From Octopus sinensis (Eukaryota): a stretch of 64,000 bases of DNA. Where the stretch lies: contig NC_043014.1 of assembly GCF_006345805.1 (NCBI RefSeq), forward strand, positions 37,386,001 through 37,450,000. Direction: 5' to 3'. The stretch's first letter is position 1. The number at the start of each line of letters is the position of its first letter. This document shows positions 1 through 11,465 of the stretch, one piece after another. Both the position numbers and the translations under genes were made by a program. Below the pieces are notes generated by a model. That model ran no database searches. It was not told where the DNA came from and saw only the letters and a program-made list of their open reading frames with translations.

Positions 1-66
1 GATGAGGCTGGCGAAGGGCCACGATCGGATGGTGTTTGTCATGTGCCCACCGCACTGACTACAGCA

Positions 67-70
<4 letters not shown>
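1..70 (-). mobile_element. Window-edge remnant of RTE LINE 3'-UTR repeat unit
   Basis: ggccacgatcggatggtg...tgtgcc matches the repeat unit at 1760-2045 and 31590-31740. Confidence 0.5.
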
Positions 71-103
<33 letters not shown>

Positions 104-1270
104 TCGGCAGAAGTTAGAAAGTAAGTCGAAAGCTGAGATTGCATGTATTGGCACTTATCTAACACGAATTTGTCCATTGTCACTCTGTAACTTCTGACGA
201 AATAACTTCTAAAATACAAGATTTTGTCAAAAACGTAAAGAGTAAACTATTCTATGTGACACATTCTACCAGAATCAGAAGTCTGAAAGTGTTTAGTTAA
301 AAGAAATTAATTAAATAATGTGTATGTCTAATTGAATAGATCCAAATGGATGAAAGGCAAAGTCGACCTCTGCGGAATTTGAACTCAGAACGTAAATACA
401 GATGAAATGCCGCTTCTATAATACAAAATTTTATCAAAAACATTAAGAATAAAACCCTGTTCTATGTGACATATTCTACCAGTATCGGAAGTTCGAAAGT
501 GTTTAGTTGAAAAAAATTAATAAATAATCTGTACGTCAAAGTCGACCTCGCTGAAATTGAACTAAAAAATGTAAAGACAAATGAAATACCATTGAGCATT
601 CGCCTGGCACGCTATCGTTTCTACCAGCTCACTGCCTTAGAAAGTAAACATCATTTAGAAATATATTCTTTATTCTTATTGCTTAAGCATTACTCCCTTC
701 TTCCTTACTGACGTGAAATTTCGTAACATTTTACTTCATAACTCTTTTTCTACTCATTTTTGTTCAATTGCAACTAGCGATTCTCAATTCCTCGTGCATT
801 TTTCTATCATTTAGACTAACAAAAGTATACTTTAAATATAAAATTTTAAAATTTATGTTAATTGAAGATGAATATCTGCCTACTTCTCCCCACCCAATTT
901 GAGGTCACATTATATTTTAATGTAACTTTCTTTCTACTGAACCAACTCTCAACTATTTATGCCAAACTATAGCTGAGGAGGTCCCTCTTTAAAACTATTA
1001 ACAGTTTGCAATTTAGTTGAGAACTGAATTAGTGGTGAAGCTTGGAAGCTGCTGTGTTTGATGAAATGGTGGACTTGAGAAATATATTCAGCCAGTACTG
1101 TGGTTGAATGATATTAGAACTTCTTGGAAGCTCAATCAAATTGCTGGCCTACATATGTTATTCACATCATTTCTTATTATTGATCTCGTCTTTTGTTCTT
1201 AATTTCATTATACTTTTACCTGGAAGTCTGCCACAAAAGGCAACAAAAAACCAGTAAAATCATATCTTAC

Positions 1271-1356
1271 CAAACATTATGAAAAAATCTGTATGTAATA
1301 GGCAAAGGTTTAAAACCATTATTGAAATCAGTATATGAAAAATGGTTCAGAATCAC
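1271..1356 (-). CDS. Possible downstream exon of the ankyrin-repeat gene (VILNHFSYTDFNNGFKPLPITYRFFHNV)
   Basis: Acceptor tctacttatag and donor gtaaga; open only in phase 0, compatible with the 1527-1571 exon; no recognisable motif; read-through would give W-stop. Confidence 0.3.
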
Positions 1357-1526
1357 CTATAAGTAGACAATCATAATTTATTTCATTTAAAATTGCAGAC
1401 TTGTGTAATCATAGATATTTATAAATTACTGTGTGTGTGTGTGTGGTAAATGTTTTAAATATTTTTTTCTAAGTGAAAAACAATGCAATTAATAAATATT
1501 AATAACACAGGTTGATGGTTACTTAC

Positions 1527-1571
1527 CTGGAATATTCTTGCCTGAGTGTCATCAGTGTTTCTTATGCATAC
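1527..1571 (-). CDS. 45-nt exon, probably of the ankyrin-repeat gene (VCIRNTDDTQARIFQ)
   Basis: Minus strand ccttttctccatag|gtatgc...ttccag|gtaagt; only phase 0 is open, matching the phase-0 end of exon 13998-14151. Confidence 0.45.
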
Positions 1572-1592
1572 CTATGGAGAAAAGGAAGTGAG

Positions 1593-4500
1593 ATCATCAT
1601 CATCATCATCGTTTAACATCCGTTTTCTGTGCTAGCACGGCTTGGACGGTTCGACCATGGTCTGGGAAGCAAGGAGGCTGCACCAGGCTCATCTGGCAAT
1701 GTTTCTACAGCTGGATGCCCTTCCTAACGCCAACCACTCCGTGAGTATAGTGGGTGCTTTTTACGTTTTACCGGCCCAGGTGCCAGACGAGTCTGGTAGC
1801 GGCCACGATCGGTTGGTGCTTTTACGTGCCACCAGCACGGAAGCCAGTCAAGGTGGTGCTGGCATTGGCCACATTCGGACGGCACTTTTACGTGCCACCG
1901 GCACAGAAGCCAGTCAAGGCGGCGCTGGCATCGGCCACGTTCGGATGGTGCTTTTTACGTGCCACCGGCACAGAAGCCAGTCAAGGCGGCACTGGCATCG
2001 GCCACGTTTGGATGGTGCTTTTTATGTGTCACCAGCACAGGTATCACAACTACTATTTCCATTGATATTTATTTCGATGTTCATGTACTTGACTCAATAG
2101 GTCTCCTCCAGCACAGCGGGTTGTTCTGAAATCCAAGGTACTTTGAATGGGCTGGGACTATGCGGAGCTGGTGCAGGAAGCAGCCCGGGTCTTTGCAGTC
2201 ACAGCATATCTCCAGAGATCTCGGTCCTTCGTCATTGCCTCTGAGGCCCAACGCTCTGAGGTCATGCTTCAATACCTCATCCCATGTCTTCCTGGGTCTA
2301 CCTCTACCCCTGATACCTTTAACTGTTTGGGAGTGGCACTTCTTCACACATCTCTCCTCATCCATCCACAGTACATGACCATACCATCGCAAGCGTCGCT
2401 CTTGCACACCACATCTGATGCTTCTTATGTCCAGCATCTCTCTCAGGGTGCTTACACTCTGTCATGCGTGCACACTGACATTACACATCCAGCGGATCAT
2501 GATAGCTTCATTTCTTTCAAGTCTACGCATGTCCTCAGCAGTCCCACAGGCCATGTTTCACTACCGTGAAGCATGGCAGTTCGCACACATGGATCATACA
2601 ATCTACCTTTCACTCTGAGCGAGAGACCCTTTGTTGCCAGTAGGGGTAGGAGCTTTCTAACTTTGCCCAGGCTATTCGTATTCTAGTGGTGACACTCTCT
2701 GAGCATCCACCGCCACAACTATCTTGGTCACCTAGGTAGTGGAAACTATCAACTACTTCTAGTTCTCCCCCCTGGAGTGTGATGGAATCTGTTTCTGAGA
2801 GTATCTGTGGTGTCTATTGTCCCGGTGCATCTGCCGCACATGAAAGCTATCTTATCAGTTACTTTCCCTTTGATGTTGCTGCGCACCTCTTATGCATCCA
2901 TAGCTTACAGTGGGTACATCTTATGGAGTTTCTACCTACACCTTTCCTACAGATCAAGCAGGGCCACCTGCTCGAGGGGTGTGTGCTGAGTTTCGCCTTT
3001 TCTGCTTACTATAACTTTGCTACATTTACTCTAAGGCCCTTTGATTCTAAACCTTGCTTCCACACCCAAATTTCTTTTCTTGTTCCGGTAGTAGTGATCT
3101 GCTATGAGAGCCAGGTCATCAGCATAGAGGAGCTCCCAGGGCAACCTGTTTTGAATTCCTCTGTTATTGCCTGGAGGACTATGATGAATAAAAGGGGACT
3201 GAGGGCTGAACCTTGGTGTACACCTACTTCTACCCTGAATTCTTCACTATATTCATTGCCAATCCTAACCTTGCTGACAGCCCCTCTGTATAGGGCCTGT
3301 ACAGCCCTTATGAGCCATTCGTCAATCTCCAGTTTCCATATCGACCACCAGATAAGGGATCGGGGGACCCTGTCAAAGGCTTTCTCCAAGTTCACAAAAG
3401 CTATGTAGAGGGGTTTATCTTTAGCTAGGTATTTCTCCTAGCTATGTCGGACCAGGAATATAGCATCAGTGGTGCTTCTGCCTGGCACAAAATCGAACTG
3501 CATCTCATCTAAGCAAATTCTCTCCCTAATGAGATGGGTTATGACCCTCTCTGTGACCTTCATCACCTGATACAACAGTTTAATACCCCTGTAGTTATTT
3601 CTATCTAGAGCATCACCTTTACCCTTGTAGCAGTTGACTATGGTGCTGCTACTCCAGTCATTGGGTATGACTCCATTGTGAACTACCTGGTTTACAATGC
3701 GGGTGACTAGGCCATAGCCCACACAACCAGTTGTTTTAAGCATCTCAGCAGTGATTCCTGATGGGCCAGGGGCTTTTCCTGGTTTCATACTCTTAATTGC
3801 CTTAACTACAAGGGAGCTGTCTATTCGGATAGCTGGTCCCTCTACCGGGTCAACATTTGGCAGGCTCTCCTCCTCCCATTCATTCTCCACATTCAGCTGT
3901 CTTTCATAATGGCTTCTCCAAGCCTCTTTCTTTTCACAATCATTAAAAGCAAGTGCACCATCATCCATACGGATACATTTCTCTCCTGTAACATCACTAT
4001 TTTCTCTCACACACTGTCTAGCAATCCGAAATACCTCGGTTCTTTGGTCCTCACATTGCTGGACATTGGCAAACTTCTTTTCTGCTACATCTTTGGCTAT
4101 GTATACCTGCCGCCCAGCCTCCCTTTTGGCTACCTGGTACAGTTCCCTGCTACCCCCATCCCTCCAGGCTCTCCATGCCTGTTTCTTTGCTCTAATGGCT
4201 TTGTCTACTGTACTATTCCACCACCATGTAACTTTAGGTCTGGAAGGGACTTTGCACCATCCACAGACTTGGTCTGTGGCACTCAGCAAGCTGTCCCGTA
4301 GGAATTTCCAGCTACCTTCTATGTCCGATGTCTGTAGCTCCTCATCCCTCACATCAAATTTCTTGATGAGGATGTCCCTAAATCTCTGACCATGTGAAGG
4401 GTTCTTTAGCTTCCAAATCCTTCCTTTCTGGATTGGTCTGTTTCTTGGTATCCTTCTGGTCTCAAGCCTAAAGTCACTAATGATTAGCCTATGATGAGGG

Positions 4501-5156
4501 TCTTTGTATTTAAGAGCAACCCTGCATCCCGCTGTCTGGTGAGGATGAAGTCTATTTCGCTAGCGGAGTCCCCTGACTGATAGGTTATAAGGTGGTAGTC
4601 TGGCTTCCTGAAGTTAGTGTTTCAGATTAAAAGGTTACATGCATCACAGAATTCCAGTAGTCTAGTTCCCTCATCATTTCTGGTGCCAATACCATGGCCA
4701 CCGTGTACCCAAGTGAATATACCCGATTCCCGCCCAACATGCCCATTAAAGTCTCCACCCACAAAGATGAGGTCTTTGCCACTCGTCTTTGAGGTAGCCT
4801 GTAGAAGGGTATCATAAAAGTGGTCCTTCTGATCATTTGGTAGCCCCGCATGTGGGGCATAGGCAGGGATAATCGTAGCTGTGCCACTCTGTAGGACTAA
4901 ACTGAGCTTAAGCACTCTATCGCAAACCCTGACAATCTCTATGACCTTATCCACCCATTTCTCTGCAAGGAGAATGCCTACACCCCCTACACCATCCATG
5001 TTACCTTGCCAGAAGACTTTATACCTATGTGCCTTGCCTGTGAGGACCCTACCTGAAGCACATCTCCATCTTACCTCTTGTATGCAGCATACATCAACCC
5101 GTCTTCTCTCAAGCATCTCTACAATCTCACTACACCTACCTTTCAGTGTACCAACA

Positions 5157-5158
<2 letters not shown>
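1593..5158 (-). mobile_element. RTE-clade LINE, near full length, frameshifted (APE endonuclease + RT + 3' UTR with (GAT)n tail)
   Basis: APE motifs VGTLKGR, CCIQEVRW, GGDFNGHVG (4622-5158); RT motifs KAPGPSGIT, NYRGIKLL, EKAFDRVPR, GVHQGSALSPLLF (3102-4352); C-terminal RLRWYGHV and RGRGRPRKTW; tail ggttggcgttaggaagggcatccagc and (GAT)n at 1593-1610. Confidence 0.95.
1760..2045 (-). repeat. Tandem array of about 5 GC-rich units of about 60 bp in the LINE 3' UTR
   Basis: Repeated gctttttacgtgccaccggcacagaagccagtcaaggcggcgctggcatcggccacgttcggatggt. Confidence 0.85.
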
Positions 5159-5213
<55 letters not shown>

Positions 5214-5470
5214 GTATATATAGATAAATATATACTCATACATAGAGACATGCACAATTGTGTGTGTTGTGCATTCTTATGTATAGGCCACATGTATATC
5301 AGCCAGTATCTTTTCTCTTTGTATAATGTTTTAAAAGAAATATGTTGATGAAAATATACGTGTGTATTAATATAGCATTAAATTAATTAGAATAATAATT
5401 TCTACATTTATGAATTTGTGTTGCAAGAATCCTTGTGTGAAACCATGTGTTGAAAGATATTGCTATATAT

Positions 5471-5948
5471 GGGGATGGTCATACTTTTTTGTTTTTGCCA
5501 AATAGATACGTGCACTATTATATTGTTTCTTCACCCATTTATTACTGTTCTTACTCTAACTCATGTCCATCATCCAGAAACCTTTTGTCACATATCTGTA
5601 ACCTCTTCAGCAACACTTACTGTATTTGTGTGTGCTCTGCATATTCCATTCTAAGACCTCTTCAGTGACACTTTCCGTATTCATGTGTGCTCTTGTTTGC
5701 TTATTCCATTCTGTTTTCTATCGTGGGTCACATATGATGGGTCACATCATAGAAGAACAGAATGGAATAAGCAGAACAAGAGCACACACAAATAAGGAAG
5801 TGTTGCTGAAGAGTTAGTTACAGATGTATGACGAAAGGTTTCTGGACGTTGGATGTTGGTTAAAATAGCAAGAGTAATAAACAAGTGAAGAGCAAATAAT
5901 AGTGCACGTGTCTATTTGGCATGAAAATGAAAAAAAGATGACCATCCC
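5471..5948. mobile_element. Diverged palindromic (MITE/foldback-like) element
   Basis: Arms gggatggtcat...ccagaaacc...ctcttcagcaacac and gtgttgctgaagag...ggtttctgg...atgaccatccc are imperfect reverse complements centred near 5735. Confidence 0.6.
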
Positions 5949-6336
5949 AAAATACAAACAATACAATAATAATAATTGAATACTATGACTTGTTCTTGTA
6001 AGCTCACTTAACTGTGTAGCCTACATACATTATCCACATCTTTTTTATTATTGTTCTTAATTCATCATACTTTTACCTAAAGGTCTGCCACAGAAGGCAA
6101 TGAATGACAAGAAAAATCATCTATCTTTAGCAGCCATTTATGGAGAATCTGCCCTGTGATAGGTGAAAACTGAAGACATACTTGAAATTAGCATAAAAAT
6201 GGTTCCGAATCACGGAATCACATATACGCAAACAATCAGCACTTCTTTGATTTAGAAGTACAGACTTGTGTAATCATAGATATATATATATATATATAAA
6301 TAATTGTGTGTGTGTGCGTGCATGCGTGTGTATGTG

Positions 6337-6379
<43 letters not shown>

Positions 6380-6554
6380 GTGTGTGTGTCTGTGTGTATG
6401 TATATCTGTGTGTGAGTGTGTGTGCATCAGGGGTGTGCACTCCCAGGTATGCAAGGTATGCATTGCATGCCCTGTGATTTTTTTATCCATATGATCGGAA
6501 AATTAGATAAAATAGTTACTTTGTTTCAAAGAAAATCCGTCCAGTTGTTTTGGA

Positions 6555-6960
6555 AATATTTTGTCTCCCCTTCTCCTCTTCAGTGACTCGTACTTCTGCT
6601 TTGAGAAGTCATGCATTGAGAAGACCAGCATGTCAGACACTCCCTCTCTGTCTCAGTTTGTCTTCCTTCCTCTCTCTCTCTCTTAGTGACTTGTTTAAAA
6701 GACATTCTAAGAGGATAGGGCATTTGAAATTTATTATTTCCCCTTCCTCTTTCTCTTAGTGGCTTGTCATGCTGTGGGAAGACCCGCATAACCTCCCTCT
6801 CTGTCTCTTTGTTAGTTTGTCCCTCCTTCCTCTCTCTCTCTTAGTGACTTGATAAACAGATGCTAGAGGAAAGGTCGTTCATAATATTTTGTACCCCCTT
6901 CCTCTCTCTCTCAGTGCATGTCATGCTATGAGATGACCGCATGATACCCACTCTCAGTCT
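6555..6960. repeat. Degenerate tandem repeat, unit about 165 bp, about 2.5 copies
   Basis: Recurring ccttcctctctctctcttagtgacttg and gtcatgct...gaccgcat blocks. Confidence 0.55.
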
Positions 6961-7729
6961 CTTTTTCCATTTTGTTGAAATTGACTTGCAACTTACGCCG
7001 GCGCTTCCACGTGTGTTCGTATATAAGAACAGTTTTACGAAATGAGTGAAATGTGTGTTATAAACGATATTGAGAAATAGTTTTTTCAAAAAGAGACTTC
7101 GATGGAAAAATAATTAATTGTATACGGTGGGAGACCAACACCGAAAAGGGCTAATGCATTAGATAACATTGTTAAAAAAAAGATTTCCGAAGGCAACAGC
7201 AATGGAATTACTCCTCACGCGCTTATTATTACCACAAAGGAAAATTATAATTTCATTAATCAGCCCTTTTGAGCACATCATTGAAAATCCTGAAGCATGG
7301 GTGATACCACCATAAATTCAGCAATTGGATTCTTTACACACTTTAAAAGCTCCTGATTTCTTATTTTTGGTAGAAGTATTCAGTGAGATTTTTCTTTTAC
7401 TGACGTCTTATTTAACATCCTCCAGAGTAAAAGTCATGACGTAGTGTAATAAATAGATAAAACTAGAACTGTACTTGAAAACAAACTTGATAATTTTTCA
7501 ATCTTTTATATGTTAGGGGAAAAATATGGAGTCAATGCAGGAATCGGAATTCAGAGATCCAAGAATATATCTATTGAGCCCCACGACATTATAAAATGCT
7601 TATAATAAAATTATCAGTACAATAGTTGACCAATTAAAAGCAAGATATTCATCCTTAGAAGGTTTAAATTCATGGAACTTTCGAATTTCAACAAATCTGA
7701 TGAGAATTGCAAACAATTTAAAAATCAAG

Positions 7730-7980
7730 GGTACTATTTAAGAAGAGTGGTCCCGGTGCGTGCACCCGAGGCATCCATGCCAGCTAGTCATGACTAGTCG
7801 ATCCTTACTTGTGTTTTTGTGTTTTATTATTTTGTTTAAAACATTTACTTTGTGTTTTTGTGTTTTATATATTTTGTTTAAAAAAATTTATTTACTTTGC
7901 TAGATAGTCGTAGGATCGACTAGTCACGACTAGCCAGTGCGGATGCGCGCGCAACGGGACCCCTCTTCTTGAATAGTACC
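7730..7980. mobile_element. MITE with GGTACTA-type TIRs (same family as 22338-23399)
   Basis: ggtactatttaagaagagtggtccc ... gggacccctcttcttgaatagtacc; inner inverted gactagtcgatcct / aggatcgactagtc; no TSD seen. Confidence 0.8.
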
Positions 7981-8383
7981 AGGGCGACGTTTTTTTAATT
8001 TCTAGGTCATACAGGGTGATGCATATTCAGAATCTCCCATATGTAAATCGTAGAATTTGAAAATTTTTTTACTGAAAAATTGCCCGGGGGTGGGGGAGAA
8101 GAAAGGGGGGAGAAATTCATTGCATGCCAATCCGGAAGTCACCGCACGCCACTGGTGTTCATGTGTGTATATGTGTATATATGTGTTGTGTGTGTGAATA
8201 TATAAGTGTGTATGTGTGTCTGTGTGTATGTATGTGTGTGTGTGGGTGTGTGGGGGGTGTGTGTGTGTGTGTGTGTGTGTGTATAGATATATATGAAAAA
8301 TTTTCCAATCTTCTGTGTTGTGAGGACTGGAAACTTGTGTGTTTCAAATTGTTAAGACAGGTGTGTGAGAGAAAATTGTGATG

Positions 8384-10090
8384 TCATTGGAGAGAAATGT
8401 GTCCATATGGACGATGGTCACTTGCATTGAATGATGCTGCAAAAGAGAGACTGGGAGATGCCACTATGAAATGAAGAGAATGAGTGGAGAAAGAGAGTCT
8501 GCGAAATGTTGACCCAACATAGGGACCAGCGCTATTCGTATTCACAGTTGTTTGGTAAATAAAGCAATTAAGGGTACGAAAATTGGGGAAAGCCCCCAGC
8601 CCATCAGGAATCACTCCTGAGATGCTAAAGATATCTGGTGGCATAGGCTACAGTCTAGTCATCAATATAGCCAACCAGGTGATACACAAAGGAATCACAC
8701 CAATGACTGCTGTAGCAGCAACCTAGTCAACTGTTACAAAGGTAAGTAAAGATGACACATTAGATAGAAATAATCACAGAGTTATCAGATGATGAAATTC
8801 ATTGAGAGGGTCACAGCCCAACTAATTAAGGAGAGAGTTAGTTTAGATGAATGCGAGTTTGGGTTTGTGCCAGGGGGAAGCAGCACTGATGCTATATTTC
8901 TGGTAAGATAGTTGCAGGAGAAATTCTGAGTAAAGATAAACCTCTGTACATGTCTTTTGTTGAAATGAGAAAGCCTTTGACAGGGTCCTCCAATCTCTTA
9001 TCTGGTGGTCACTGCGGAAACTAGGGATAGGCGATTGATGGTAAGAGCTGTATAATTCAAGCACAGGGATGCTGTCAGTAAGGTGAAAGTTGTCAAGAGT
9101 ATAGTAAAGAATTCTGGGTAAGAAGTAGGGGTTCACCAAGGATCAGTCCTAAACCCCATCTTATTCATCATAGTCCTCCAGGCAATAATAGAGGAATCAA
9201 GAACAGGCTGCCCTGCCTCTATGCTGATTATCTTGCTCTAAACTCTGAGTCACTACCAGAAATAAAGAAGACGTTTCAAGTGTGGAAGCAAGGTCTAGAA
9301 TCAAAAGGATCTAGCAAAAACCAATGTCTTAGTAAGTAGGAAGGCAAACAAATCACAAATCCCTTCAGGTAGATGGCCCTGCTGTAGAAAAGGTATAGGT
9401 AGAAACGCCATAAGATATATCAGGTATAAGCTATGGACACATGTAAGCCACAGCAATATCAAAGGAAGGTTAAATGGGAAGATAGTTTTTGTGTGTGGAA
9501 GATGCACAGGTGCAATAAACACTGAAGAAGTACAGAAAACTCCCTTCATATGCCAGAAGTAGTTGATAGCTTCCATTACCTAGGTGACCAAGTCAGAAGC
9601 AGAGATGGATACTCTGAGAGTGTAGCTGCTAGAATAAGAATAGCCTGACCAAAGTTCAGTGAATTCCTACATCTGCTGGTAACAAAGGGCCTCTTCCTCA
9701 GAGTGGAATTTAGATTGTATAATGCCTGTGCACAAACAGCCATGCTACATAGCAGTAAAACATGAGCTGAGACTACTGCAGACATGCATAGGCTTGTAAG
9801 AAATGAAGCTACTATGCTCCACTGGATATGTAATGTGAGTGTGCATACACAACCAAGTGCAAGCACCCTGAGAGAAAAGTTGGACTTAAGAAGCATCAAA
9901 CGTAGTGTGCAAGAGAGATGGCTGCACTGGTATAGTCATGTGCTGCATATGAATGAGGATAGCTTTGTGACATGTCACACCCTAACCTGTGGAAGATGTA
10001 GATCGAGCAAGACATGGCATGAGCTGGTGAAGCATGACCATCGAATGTTGGGCCTCACGGAGGTAATGACAAGTGACTAAGACCTTTGGA
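8384..10090 (+). mobile_element. 5'-truncated, decayed RTE LINE (RT region)
   Basis: Nucleotide similarity to the RT half of 1593-5158; ORF 9784-10080 has ATMLHWICNVSV...ERWLHWYSHV. Confidence 0.85.
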
Positions 10091-10091
10091 G

Positions 10092-10903
10092 AATGAGGCT
10101 TTGCATTCATCCCACTTCCACCCACGTGAGTTATAGAGTAAAAAAATTCCTACAGAGAGAACTGTAGTTGAAAAACAGGGATAGAGAATTATATTATCAA
10201 TAATAAAAGGGTAAAATCAATTAATTATTAATTAATTTTACCAAGTAGTGTTCAGTATGTAAGAGGACCATTTAAGGTATATTTAAAACATTCCCTCTCT
10301 CTCTTTCGGAGAGGCACTGAGCAGCTATACGCACACATACACACACGGCAGTAACTTCCACCTACCGAATTCAATCACAAAGCTTCGGTTGGCTCGGGGC
10401 TATAGTAGAAGACACCTACCCAAAGTGCCACAAAACATTACGTTATATAATTAGGGTTCAGTAAAATAATTTACTTCACCACACACTGAACTCTTATTAT
10501 TGATAATATAATTCTCTCTCCCTGTTTTTCAACTACAGTTCTCTCTATAGGAATTTGTTTACTCTATAACTCACGTGGGTGGAAGCGGGATGAATGCAAA
10601 GCCTCATTCGTACTTTAGTGCTCTCAAATCCAAATCTAAGAAATCTTTGAGCTGACGAAGGAAATGTTGATCTTTAAATTCAACTAATCTAGAAACGTAC
10701 GTTCTTAAGTAATATTAATGTACATGTGATCTTTTGTTATTTTTCCCTCCATACCTGCGTGAATTATTTTTGAGTATACATTGTCTGGGAGATTGTTCTT
10801 ATAGTAGAAGAAATAGCTAAGATTTTTTGGCTGCTATTTCTAAAAGTTCAGTGTGTGGTAAAGTAAATTATTTTACTGAACCCTAATTATATAACATAAC
10901 GTA

Positions 10904-10907
<4 letters not shown>
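10092..10907. mobile_element. Rearranged PLE terminal-repeat relic with internal inverted segments
   Basis: 10092-10212 inverted to about 10490-10610; 10436-10495 inverted to 10845-10907; contains a hammerhead-like core; ends in (TA)n. Confidence 0.5.
10646..10709 (+). ncRNA. Degenerate type I hammerhead ribozyme motif
   Basis: tttgag CTGACGA aggaaatgttga-tctttaaat-tcaactaatcta GAAA cgtacg TT cttaag: helix I 6 bp with wobbles, palindromic helix III ACGUACGU, helix II decayed. Confidence 0.4.
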
Positions 10908-11002
<95 letters not shown>

Positions 11003-11062
11003 GAGAGAGAGTGATAGAGAGATAGCTAGAGATATACACACATATATATATATATATACTCC

Positions 11063-11465
11063 AGGCGTAGGAGTGGCTGTGTGGTAAGTAGCTTGCTTAA
11101 CAACCACATGGTTCTGGGTTCAGTCCCACTGCGTGGCACCTTGGGCAAATGTCTTCTACTATAGCCATGGGCCGACCAAAGCCTTGTGTGTGGATTTGGT
11201 AGGCAGAAACTGAAAGAAGCCCGTCGTATATATGTATATATATATATGTGTATGTTTGTGTGTTGTGTTTGTTCCCCCACCCAACATCGCTTGACAACTG
11301 ATGCTGGTGTGTTTACGTCTCCGAAACTTAGCGGTTCGGCAAAAGAGACCGATAGAATAAGTACTAGGCTTACGAAGAATAAGTCCTGGGGTCGATTTCC
11401 TCGAATAAAGCCGGTGCTCCAGCATGGCCACAGTCAAATGACTGAAACAAGTAAATGAGTAAATG
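11063..11465 (+). mobile_element. tRNA-derived SINE family A
   Basis: A-box-like tggctgtgtggtaag, B-box-like ggttcagtccc, CORE-like caccttgggcaa, internal microsatellite, end gactgaaacaagtaaa; multiple copies in the window. Confidence 0.9.

Noticed and set aside
1760-2045. Regularly spaced GC-rich repeats resembling a CRISPR array
   Set aside because: The inter-repeat sequences are themselves homologous (a tandem repeat), they lie in a LINE 3' UTR, the DNA is eukaryotic and no cas genes are present.
2779-4301. Plus-strand ORFs of 130-209 aa (also 29909-30328, 40790-41164, 51135-51434)
   Set aside because: Antisense shadows of real coding frames (RTE RT, GIY-YIG, SOCS6).
11063-11140. tRNA-like heads here and at 39540-39624 and 59300-59371
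   Set aside because: They continue into SINE bodies, family A is multi-copy, and none forms a full cloverleaf; not tRNA genes.
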